From: Caecitellus pseudoparvulus
Lineage: Eukaryota; Protista; Bigyra: Bicosoecida
Assembly: GCA_965644315.1 (NCBI GenBank)
Contig: CBFFRQ010000093.1
Location: 62,001-126,000, forward strand
Length of the DNA: 64,000 nt
Direction of reading: 5' to 3'
Shown: in pieces, positions 22,325 to 32,797 of the stretch
Numbering within the stretch: position 1 is the stretch's first letter
Layout: every line of letters starts with the position of its first letter
The notes under the pieces: generated by a model
Seen by the model: the letters and a program-made list of their open reading frames with translations, nothing else
What the model was told of the DNA's origin: nothing
Databases searched by the model: none
Program-made: the position numbers and the translations under genes

Positions 22325-24120
22325 ATGTACAAAGATGGCGCTTGTACAGGCGCCGGGCGACCGGGTGTTGGAGACAACAACGGCCCCACCAGGCCCAATG
22401 AGGCAATCTTCCAAACGGGGTGCTCAAAGCGCTCCCCTTCAATCTGTGTTCAAGTTTTGGGTTTGGATTTCCTTTGGGGCTTCTGGGCAGCAGCACCTGG
22501 AAGCCAACAAACCCTCACACACTGTACCGCGACAATACGAAAGCCCCCGTGACCCATGCAGCACCCACCTTTGGCTCTAATTCTGATACTGGCTAGGGTT
22601 GTGTTGCCCAGGAGGGCCTGCGGGCAGCCCTTGAGGCGCGCCGGGCTGCAGCACGCTCGTCGGCATGGGGCAGCGGTCCACCGTGCAGGTGGGCACGACA
22701 GGGGCCTCAGGCGGGACCCCCCAGGCATCGCGTGACATGCCACATCTTGATAGATCTGGGGGGGGGTTAAAAGCAGGCGAAACTTGGCTGCGCATAGTGG
22801 CTCGAAGCTCATCCAAGAGCACAAGAGTGCGAAACGTGGCCTGCCGGCGTTTCTCGCTGGCTGCCCACCAGCCACGCCTGTTGCTGTTACGCAGGAAGTT
22901 TCCACCGAAACCTTCACAAGGCGCCTTTTCCCTGGCCTGACGTGCACACTTGGTTCGGCTCCAGCCTGTGATGTGCGCTTGGGAGACGGGGGGGCGTCAT
23001 CCCACCACCTTGCCCTGTCGCTGCATGCTGGCAGGGTGCGGCTGGACCCCGCCGCACGAACGTACTTGCTCTTAGGGCAAGGGGGTAGCGGCACCATTGC
23101 GCACGCGCTAGCCCCCAATGACATCATTAAGATGGGGGCCTGCTCCCTGAAAGTCGCGTCCACCGTGCGTCATGAGGATGCTGCATCCGCTCCCTTCCCA
23201 GTGTGCGTAGCCTGCCTGTAGCTTGGCTCTAGCTTCAGCACAGCGACTCTTCTCTCGCAACACTGTGCAGGGACAAGGCCGAGGATGGAAGCACCTGCTA
23301 CATCTGCTTCGATACCCACAGTTCTGAGGACAACGCGCTCATCCACTCTCCCTGTGCATGCCGCACCGCTGTGCACCAGGAGTGCATGAGCAAGTGGATA
23401 GCCACCATGGGCACACGCGTGTGCTCAATCTGCCGCACCAAGCTGCCCATAGCTTTTGCAGCCCAGGCGCCGTACATCGTTCTGCAAGTTGTGCGGCACA
23501 TGCGCGGCCTGCACTGGTCAGGCGAGCGAGAGTACATCGTGTCCTTCGACGGTGGTGGGCAGGCCCCGGGCTGGATGGCGGGGGGGGCGGAAAGTGTTGT
23601 TGTGGGCTCCGGCTCTGAGTGCCACTTGTCCCTGCCGGACCCCAGTCTCTCCCGCAGGCATGCGTGCATTTCGTACGATGGCAGAAGCTTTCAATTGGAG
23701 GATCTCAGCTCATCTGCAGGCACATTCGTGCGACTGGAGACTGCAGTGTGCCTACTGCCACAGTCTCCCTCCACCTTCAAGATTGGGCGCACCACGCTCA
23801 CCGTGGAGGTGGTGCAAGGCGGCCATGGCTTGGAGGTAGCGCTGCCATCGATCGGGAGCCCCGCAGCAGCTGCTGCAACCTCGCAAGCATCCTCGCCCGC
23901 GCCATCGTGGTGGGAGAGCCGGGGCCGAAGCTCTGCAGTGTCTCCCGTCTCCCCAACGCCGCCTGTCTTTCCGATGGAAGCTGTGTCCACGCTCCACGAT
24001 GACACCCGGCAGGCAGACGGCGCGCCACACCTGCAAGACACAGCCCCGAATGCCGTCACGTCTGACACAGCACTGCCTGATCATACGCAGCCGCATGCTG
24101 CAGCTGGGGGCTCTCACTGA
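22325..24120 (+). CDS. FHA + RING-CH (RINGv) + FHA protein, putative E3 ligase; several introns, start uncertain
   Basis: CYICFD...SPCAC..VHQECMSKW...CSICRT (C4HC3). FHA-like LGSAPACDVRLGDGGASSHH and VGSGSECHLSLPDPSLSRRHA...EDLSSSAGTFV. Confidence 0.75.
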
Positions 24121-24283
24121 GGAGTTGGCGGTTCAGCTCGCGTTGCCATGGCTTCCATCAGGACACGCCCTGCGACAAACTAGTTGTCACCCTGAGTAAT
24201 GTTCAAGTGTTTCTCATAATTTACAAGCCTTTTGCCCCCCCATATCCAGACGGCACAACACAAGGGCGAAGCCAGACGCTAGG

Positions 24284-24635
24284 ATGGCCGCCGTGGACAA
24301 GCGCAAGCAGACCTCTGCGGCTGCAGTGGACCTCAGCCCCATTCATGACGATGTGCACGTCATGAAACCAAAGCAGAACCGCTCCATTCAGTGGTGGTAC
24401 ATGACACCTGTCTTGTTCGCGCCAGTCTTCCCTCTCATTCGCATCGCGTGAGAGCTGTGCGGAAATTGCATGCTCGCCCATCAGCCTTCACCCACCACTG
24501 GCGTTTCACAGGACGAGGAAGAACCCCGCTTTGCAATCAAAACTGGTCATGGGTGCTGTGGCCACAGCCTTGGTTCACGGTGCCTGGCTGATCACAACTT
24601 CCATGGACCAGGAACTGGAAGAGGAAGCCGCGTAA
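24284..24635 (+). CDS. Small (95 aa) membrane protein, 2 exons (24284-24447, 24512-24635); absent from the ORF track
   Basis: The 64-nt intron GTGAGA...TCACAG gives an uninterrupted reading frame: MAAVDK...WWYMTPVLFAPVFPLIRIATRKNPALQSKLVMGAVATALVHGAWLITTSMDQELEEEAA*. Confidence 0.7.
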
Positions 24636-24780
24636 CATGCACTGCAGCGAAGCAACACAGCTGACTTCGCCCAGCGACAGCTGACGACGGACTGCCTTCG
24701 AGCAGAGCGCCCACACGAATCCTGGCAGCCTCTGCACCATATGCCGTTGAATTCTGCACCACAGCGAGAATGCACCCGCT

Positions 24781-27261
24781 TCATGAACTTGGACGCACTT
24801 GCATCTGGATGCCCTGCCCATGCTCGTACCTGCCACCAGAAGTTGCTTGCTGGGAGTCCTGCTTGCTGCGGCAGCAGCACTGCCATAGGCATGCAAGGGC
24901 GATGATGAGGCCCAGCGCACCAGCTCCGTAGTAAATGTACTGCTCATCAATGCCGGTGCCCAGCAGCCCGCCTGCACCAGAAGAACCACTGCCCGGCCCT
25001 GGCGATGCGCCTGGCGACGCGCCGACACTGGGCGAAGGGCTAGGAGTGGGCAGCACGAGCGGTGTGCTTGAGCCAATCAGCTTGCAGAAGAGGGCGGGAT
25101 CCAGGCATGTGAACTCCCCCGAGAAGACAGACGGCTTGGGGTTGATGCTGGTGCTGCCGTTCACACACGCGGCGTAGTGCACGTCAGTCGTGTCGGGGTC
25201 GGCGGCACCGAGCAGCAGCCATGGAGCGGTGGGGGAAGGAGGCGGCAAGCCATCCGTGCCTGCGATCACGGACAGCTCAGATGGGGACAGGGGCGCCTCA
25301 ACACACGTCTTGGTAAAGCAGCCAACACCGGTGTGGCTGCCGACACTGAGACCCTGCTTCAGCAGGGTGCTGACGGCACACCTGCTGTCGTCGGAGTACA
25401 ACCGCCCGAACTTGCGGGAGTCGGCCGAGTTCTGAGACGTGTCAGAGCACAGGCGGTTGGAAAAGCCCTTGATGTAAGGGCAGAAGTCCGTCTGAATGGG
25501 GCTGACACTGCCCACAGTCACGTCCGTGAAGTACGAGAACTCCGCCGGGATGGAGTTGCCGTCTGTGGCAGAGCAAGCTCCCACAGCTCGGTGGTCCACA
25601 GTGCACGCCTGGTGCGAGTTGGCGTCCGTGTAGCGAGTGCAGAAGTGGTCACGTCCCTGAGCTGTGGCAACGTTCACCGGCGCAGACTTGGGCGCCTGCA
25701 AGCACTGCTCCGTGGCAAAGGCACAGCCTTGCTGGAAACCCCACTCAGCCGACAGCGCATCTGCCGACGAGTAGTTGGCGATGTACCAGCCGCTGTCTTG
25801 CATGATGCCCATCTCCACAGGGGTGATGACAGAGTGGTGTGACGTCACTGGTGCCATGAAGTTCTGCATGAACACTCGCTGCTCCAAGTGACTACCCACC
25901 ACAGCACAGGCACTGGATGTGCGCTGGTTCTCCAGCTCCACGCCTGGCAAGGAAGGGCAGTTGAAGAACTCCCGCCCCTTGGCCACAGCCTCACTCGTCA
26001 CCATGCGTGTGACGCAGTTCCCATTCTGCAGCTTGTCGGCATCATCAGTGCACTCCGAGATGCCGCGCTCAGAAAAGTACGCCACGGTGCCGCTCTCTGC
26101 TGTCTGCACCGTCACGATCTGCTTGCCAGGCGGCGGGCTGCTGGCTGATGTGGGAGTGCACACACCTGAGCTCAGGTCCTGCTCAGCACGCAGGCGGTAT
26201 GCGGCGCTGACAGTGTGGGGCTGCACGGAGTCACGTGGCGTGCGGGGAGACCCGCCAGCGCCAGCATCCCTGAACAACGGCCAAGCCCCCGACGAAAAGC
26301 CAATGGCGTGGTGCAGCTCGTGGATGGCCGTGTACACCTGACCACGCAGTGTGGCTGGGTCGGTGTCGATGCGGTCGGGGCAGAAGTTCACCACGCCAAC
26401 TGTGGGCCGATCAGTGTCCTCGTCACGCTGGCAGGTGCCAGCATATGCCAACGTCGACCCCCCTGCACAGCTGGTGGTGTCTTCAGCCCTGACGAAGATG
26501 TGAAAGTCAGAGTTCGCGCGCCCTGGCGTCGCAGTGGGCGGCGGCAGAGTGTTGGTGCTCACGCCACACCCCTCCACCTGCTCGCCGTAGTACTTGTCCG
26601 GGATGTCCACAGGGGCGCTGCCGTCCCCCAGCGAGCACTGCGCTGGCCGAGTGTAGTCGCTGCACTTGCCACGGCGTGGGTCAGCTGCCCCGCTGCAGTA
26701 TGCGTTGCACTTGCGGCTCATGAGCAAGTTGCCTGCCACAGGCTTCACCAGGTACATGCTGTTCATGCGCTCCACGGCGGCAGGCATGATGGTGTCCACG
26801 AGGAGGGTCTTGCGGGCGGGTGTGAGGTCACCGCCAGTGTTCATGTCGTACTCTTCCCACGTGATGCGCATGGGGCAGTACTCATTGCCACAGTGTGTGC
26901 TGGCCAGGGCTCGCCCTCCCAGCGGGTGCACGATTGGCCCAGCTGCAGGCCCGTGGGAGCCTTGAGCAGCCAGCTCAGGCGCCGGCATGCGGCTGTGCAC
27001 TTCATCGTGGATGCAAGTGTGCAACGTCCCGTGGACCCCATTGGACTCATCCGCCTGCAATGCTGCCGCCAGGCCTCCTCGGGTGCTAGCAGCGTTACAT
27101 CCGACCACCCCGACAACCGCCAAGACAGCACACACTAAGTGCGGCCCATGGACTTGTGAGAACGCAAACTTCCTCATCGTGGAAGATGACACTGATTTAG
27201 GCATGTCTGCTTCTTGCAACTTCGTCTGCGGCGCTGGAGTGCCTGTTCTTCCAGCATTCAC
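24781..27261 (-). CDS. Leishmanolysin/GP63 (peptidase M8) surface metalloprotease with TM anchor; true start probably 27177 or 27204
   Basis: CIHD propeptide, AYAGTCQRD...RPTVGVVNFCP, HELHHAIGFS, GVELEN, SHLEQR..NFM, QDSGWY, DFCPY, then PSPS stalk and TM. Confidence 0.92.
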   Translation of the reverse strand: MNAGRTGTPAPQTKLQEADMPKSVSSSTMRKFAFSQVHGPHLVCAVLAVVGVVGCNAASTRGGLAAALQADESNGVHGTLHTCIHDEVHSRMPAPELAAQGSHGPAAGPIVHPLGGRALASTHCGNEYCPMRITWEEYDMNTGGDLTPARKTLLVDTIMPAAVERMNSMYLVKPVAGNLLMSRKCNAYCSGAADPRRGKCSDYTRPAQCSLGDGSAPVDIPDKYYGEQVEGCGVSTNTLPPPTATPGRANSDFHIFVRAEDTTSCAGGSTLAYAGTCQRDEDTDRPTVGVVNFCPDRIDTDPATLRGQVYTAIHELHHAIGFSSGAWPLFRDAGAGGSPRTPRDSVQPHTVSAAYRLRAEQDLSSGVCTPTSASSPPPGKQIVTVQTAESGTVAYFSERGISECTDDADKLQNGNCVTRMVTSEAVAKGREFFNCPSLPGVELENQRTSSACAVVGSHLEQRVFMQNFMAPVTSHHSVITPVEMGIMQDSGWYIANYSSADALSAEWGFQQGCAFATEQCLQAPKSAPVNVATAQGRDHFCTRYTDANSHQACTVDHRAVGACSATDGNSIPAEFSYFTDVTVGSVSPIQTDFCPYIKGFSNRLCSDTSQNSADSRKFGRLYSDDSRCAVSTLLKQGLSVGSHTGVGCFTKTCVEAPLSPSELSVIAGTDGLPPPSPTAPWLLLGAADPDTTDVHYAACVNGSTSINPKPSVFSGEFTCLDPALFCKLIGSSTPLVLPTPSPSPSVGASPGASPGPGSGSSGAGGLLGTGIDEQYIYYGAGALGLIIALACLWQCCCRSKQDSQQATSGGRYEHGQGIQMQVRPSS

Positions 27262-27716
27262 TCACGTGGTTGCCACAACCACGAAACGCTGGTGTGGTGG
27301 CACCTTGCGTTGCCAACGCCAAGCCAGACCGAGAGCACCATGCACGATAAAGCATTGAGACACACAGTTCTGGAGAGAGACAGACTTTTGGGGGTTGAAT
27401 TTGCTCAAGGGAGGCGTGTTTCTATCGTCCCACGCCCCGCGCGACGGCACTTGGTGCTGGTCTGAGCTGACCATCGCAACGTTCACTGCAACTCTCCATC
27501 CAAATCCACCATGCTCCAGCGAGCTGCACACGATTGGAATTCTGGCTCACATGAGCTCGTTGGTTGTTCATAAGAAGCCAGGCACCCTCTGGTGCATGCG
27601 GAAGTGCTGTGTGTGTGTCGCAGCTGGGTAACGAAAAACAGCTTGCACTGTCGACCCACGGCTGAGGCGATTGCGGCCACCCTGCCTTCTGACAGCCTGT
27701 GAAAACGGATGCAAAC

Positions 27717-30520
27717 ATGGCGGCATCGTCGGAAGCGCCTCCTGCTGTGACACCGCCCAGTAGTGACGACGAAGGAGACACAGCATCCAGCGTTGGAGGT
27801 GCGGCTAGTGTAGATAGCGCGGCCTCCGGGGCTATTTTCTTTCAGAAGAAGGACGACCTCATGCGCCCTGTCAAGCTTACGCCATCTCTCTTTGATGGTC
27901 GTCCAGCCACCATTATTTTCGACTATCCAGAGTACTGTGGAGAGCAGAGGCGGGATGCTGGTGAGTCCAACGGGCGGGCAGGTTCAATTTCCGCACGCCC
28001 ACTCCCCTGCCTTGCGCTGCGTCTCGCGCAGAGGTGGTTAAGACACTCAGCGTAAAGTCAAAGAAACGTCCAGGATTTCAAGTGTCTGTGGTGCACGAAT
28101 ACAACAGTGTCCGGAATTCGCTGCTATGGGCTGGGTTCCGTCGAGTGAAGGGGCACGAGTGGAGCATGCTGTGGTCCAGGCACCAAACCGAAGCAGAAAT
28201 AGCCAAGCACCACAACCCGTACAAGAAGCTGAACCACTGGCCAGCATCCTGGTGCATTGGGCGCAAGGACCGGCTGGCTCGCAACGTCGCGCGCCTGCAG
28301 CGAAGGCATGGAGAGGCCTTTGACATCGCGCCAAAGACTTTCCTCCTGCCCACCGAGCGCGCGAAACTGAAGGCGGCCATGGTGGACGACCCGAAAGCGC
28401 TGTGGATCTTGAAGCCAACCAATGCTTCCTGTGGGAGGGGCATCCGCCTGGTGAGCGGGGCGTCCTCTTTGAGTGGCGGGTCGGAGGGCACGATGGCAAC
28501 GACCCTGCCGCCTGCCGGCAAGCGCTACGTCGCCCAGGCATACGTAAAGCGGCCTTACCTCATCAACAATCGAAAGTTTGACCTGCGCATTTATGTGTTG
28601 GTGACTTCGCTCGACCCTTTGCGTATATACGTGTACCAGGATGGCTTGGTACGCTTTGCAACGCAAGAGTACTCGACCAAGGGGTCAGCACAGGGCAACC
28701 GCTTCGCGCATCTGACGAACTACTCGGTGAACAAGAAGTCCAAGAGTTTTGACAAGAACCAAGATGCATCGGCAGATGGCTCGGGCTCGAAGTGGTCGCT
28801 GACCGCTCTCATGCGTTACTTTGACGAGCATGGTGTGGACTCGGCTCGCGTCCGCCAGTCCATCCACGATGTCTGCGTCAAGACCATCCTGGCTGGGGAG
28901 TCGGACATGGCCACCCTCGCGAACTCTGCATTCAAAGGCGGAAACGCCCTGGCTGGCACAGGCACGCCTTGCTTCGAACTGTACGGCGTAGACGTCATCC
29001 TGGACTCCGCCCTGCGGCCATGGCTGCTGGAAGTGAACGTCTCGCCCTCATTGTCCTCCTCCAGCCCCATGGACAAGCGCATCAAAACCATGCTTGTCAC
29101 AGACGCCTTCCACCTAATCGGGTTTGTGCCGTACGACCCGCAGAAGGCCGCCAAAGCCGCAGAAGCAAGCCGGCAAAGCCGCCTGCAAGGTTTGTCAGGC
29201 AGCCACGGCGGAGCCGGTGCCCGGCGTCCTGCCCGCACAGCGCGTGCCCAAGCTTCTGATCTCGCCCACATGAAGCCAAGTGACCTGTCCCCTCTAGACA
29301 TTGCTACAATCTGCGAGTTGGAGGACGAATTCGTCCGGCGCGGGCACTTCACACGGGTGTTCCCCACCAAGACCACAGCCCGCAAGTACGGAGCTTACTT
29401 CGAGACACCTCGATACAACAACTTGCTCATGGACATGTGGCTGGGGAAGTGGAAGAAGCAGCTGAACGGCAAGGTCCCGCCTGCAGGCGCTGAAGCCGAG
29501 GGGCAAGTAAGTGGAAGCCTGGCGAAAGCGGCCAGCATTCCTAGCCCGCCAGAGCCCCGGACTGCATCGCGGGGCGATGTCGTCACTCCCATTCAGGTGG
29601 AAGACAGTGAAGATGGGGGTACTTTGGAAGCAGGGCACAGCCCTGAGCTCCCTGTGACGGTCAGGGCGGCAGCTGCTGCCACGCCCAAGCCGCGACGTCG
29701 CCCGCGCAGTGGAGTCCAGCAAGACACCGCCAGCAGACCCCCCTCGGGCCCAAGAAGGCAGCGGCAGCCAAAGACAGGCCATACAAGCCGGCCGCCTTCC
29801 GCACGTTCCTCGGCCAGCTCCGCTGACCGCGCTGCGGCGGTTGCCATGCAGCGTGCAGCCGATGCAGCCCGCTTGCGGAAGGCTACCACTGCACGGCGCA
29901 TCCAAGAGCGGTTTTCCATGTACAGGTCAAAGCTCGGGCCGACATCGCGGCGAGCTAGTCGGCCAGCGTCTGCTCACGTACTGCCTGCGGAGGCTGCCGC
30001 GAACCGAGTCTACGTGACTGCGTCTTCGGCTCCCGTCTCCCCGCGGCAAGAGCAGAGACCTGTGCATTTTGCAGCAGGTGCCGTGGCAGCCATCAGGAGC
30101 CAGCGAGCTGCGCATGAAACCTCCCAGAGGCGCCAAGTTTCACAGCTGTTCAACTACCATGGGAGGGGGGTGGGTAGGTCTGCCTCAGCCGCGACCCGCC
30201 ACCGCCCCGATGCTGTGTCCTTGCCCACGCCGAAGGGCGCCCAAGGTCGTATTACCGCCACGCCACGAGCACTGCTGCGTCAGCGAGATGTGCTGGCAGG
30301 AGTGGAACCCCATGCGAGTGCACCAAGCATGACTGTGCCGCCGTCTCCGCTGGCTAGCCCAGAAAAGGGTGCCAGCCTTTCACTGGGGCCTGCCTTGCCC
30401 ACAATGCCCCCTGCACACTCGCAGCGATGGTCTGCAGGGGGGCTCCGGCGGGCACATACCATGCGCACAGGCGCAAAGCCAAAAAGAGGTGGCCTGCACT
30501 CCCGCGGTTCGAGCCCATGA
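27717..30520 (+). CDS. TTLL4: Tubulin polyglutamylase (TTLL4/5-like); intron starting 27961
   Basis: NHWP.SWCIGRKDRL, WILKP.NASCGRGI, KFDLRIYVLVTS, HLTNYSVNK, CFELYGVDVILD..LRPWLLEVN.SPSL. Paralog assignment is tentative. Confidence 0.88.
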
Positions 30521-30546
30521 AGCCAGGCGCGGACATGCCAGCAACG

Positions 30547-32332
30547 CTACTGCTCACCCTCTCCCGAGTATGTTGCCGCTCTCCCGTGCAAGCCTTGCTG
30601 GATGGAGGTCGGTGCATCGTCAGTGACATCGGCAGACACGCCTTTCCAGTCCCTGGCGTGGAATTTAGCGGCTGCCGTGGAAGGGTCAAAGCGAGCCAGG
30701 GCGCCACCCTGGCTAAACGCCACAACATCAGTGACTCCCGAGGCCTCCAGCGCAGCTGCTCGTTTGGCAGCCGCTGGCTGCTCGTACTGGCCGGTGATGG
30801 GGGACCAAAACGGCTTGTCGGCATCTACCTCAGGCACAGAGGTGGCTGCAGCACTCCTGGCCGCGGCAGAGGGGGCGCCAGGTGCAGTGTGCCCGCCCTC
30901 CACCTGTGGGGCAGGAGGGAGCACCGACTGGAGCAAGTCCGCGAAATCCAGCACCAAGCTTCCAGTCCACTCGTGCTCTGGCTGCAGCGCCATGGCCAGT
31001 TCGTAGGGCGTGATGACTGGGGCGTGGAACTCGCGGGAAACATCCCGGGGGAGCACGGCGCCATCTGGGTGGTCCACGAGCACGAACACGTCGATTTCCG
31101 AGAAGTTCGCCAGCTTCGGGACGTTCAGCTTCCCTACTGCAAACGTGTACACAGAAGCCCCTGCGCTGCGCACCAGGTGCTCCGCCGCAGCAAGCACAGT
31201 GGCATAGTGTGCGACGCCCAGAGTGCCCACCACAATCCCAAACGTCGAGGCGAGTTTGGCTTTCTCGATGAGGCTGAAGCGCTGCATGATTTCTCGGGTG
31301 CGATGCCCGGTCACATCTCGGGCAACAGATGGCGAGCCAGGCTCCCACAGCAGCACGGGCAGCGCTGACCGGGTCAGCTGCAGCACGCGAAGCGCTGGGC
31401 TGTTTTCCGGGCCGATAAAGCAGACGATGCAGTCTTCGACTTTCGTTGATGCAGGCAACGCCACTGAACACCCAGCCATTCGCAGGCTTGCATCCCTGAC
31501 AGGAGGCTTGGCCAATTCATGCCCTGCGGGGAACTGCTGCGTTTCCACCTCCCCAGCGACCACGCCGCGCAGCATGGACAGGCCATCAGAAGCGCTCAAC
31601 ATGCGCTGCAGCTCTGGTAATGCATGCTGCCACGAGCTGTCCGCCAGCAGGAGGACGCACTTCCCGGCACAGTCGGCCTGCAGGAGAGCAGCTTCAAGAG
31701 CCGAGGCAGCGACGCTGGACTCGACAGGAGCCTTGCAAAGGTCGTAATAAACAGGCATGTGTGAAGGCTGGGCAAGGGTGGCTGGTCCGTAGTGAATGAC
31801 GCACTCAGCATCGATGTGCTGCGCAAAGCGACGGTTGAGTGATTGCCCCGCCTCAGTATGCCTGCAGGGCCACGCCTCCATACCTGTGCTGCCACCTCAT
31901 CCACGCAGTCCTCACGGTAACTTGTGTCTGCAAGCACATACAGCTCCACTTCAGGCGAGCACTTGGCCTGCGCGGCGCATGAGCTGTGTGCGTCTTTGTG
32001 TGTGAGAGGGGCTGCGATTTCCGCACCTCCAGTGCGGACAGCACATCTACTGCGTCTGGAAGAAGCCAATCAGGAAATTGAAGCGCCACCTGGAGTGAAA
32101 AGACAGTTTTGATGTGTTGACGCTCCAGGGCAGAACAAACATTCGCCCAGGCTTTGAAAAAGGCAAAGGCACCCACCTTGCGGAAATTGCCAGACCGAAC
32201 GAAGTCTCCTGCCCCAACGATGTCGTAGAACGCCTCAAGGGCCACTGGGCCCCTTGCTCGTGCATCGTCTGCCGGCATGTGCACTTGCCGCTCGATGGCA
32301 CTGGAACCGTCAGACGTGATGGCTTGAGACAT
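30547..32332 (-). CDS. DPH2: Diphthamide biosynthesis protein 2; several 5' introns
   Basis: VALQFPDWLLPDA, YVLADTSY..CVDEVAAQH..AECVIHYG, GIVVGTLG, VGKLNVPKLANF.EIDVFV, C-terminal WKG...IQQG..GRAATY. Confidence 0.9.
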
Positions 32333-32797
32333 GTCTGCACTGTTTCGGTGTCGAGGCTGAATTCCTCGCACAGCGTCTTGAAGTGGCGTCTCGCTGCCTC
32401 CCTCGCGCAGCTCAGGGACTTGCAAAGCTGCTTCCTGCGATGCACCACCTGCACTGGATGCAAGTAGTTTTGGGGATTTGCCCTTTCCGTTGCTCTGCCG
32501 CACTGTCCCTCCTGCGTGGCTTCACTGTGAAGGCCGTGCTTTCAACTGCGCAGTCAATGCCTGGAGCTGGTGAAAGTCAGACCCTCACAAAACACCGAAA
32601 GTCACCCCCTGCGCCGTGCACACGAACCTGCACCCCACGTCTGACTGTGCTGCCAGCGCGCTCGGGCTCGTGGCAGCTGCCGGGGCAAGCCAGCACTCCT
32701 AGCCGAAATCCTGCCGTTGCGCTGCGGGTTTCAGCACCATCGACGTGCGCCCTCTCTCAGGAGGCATTCGGGAAGCAACACCCGCCCCCCAACAAGC

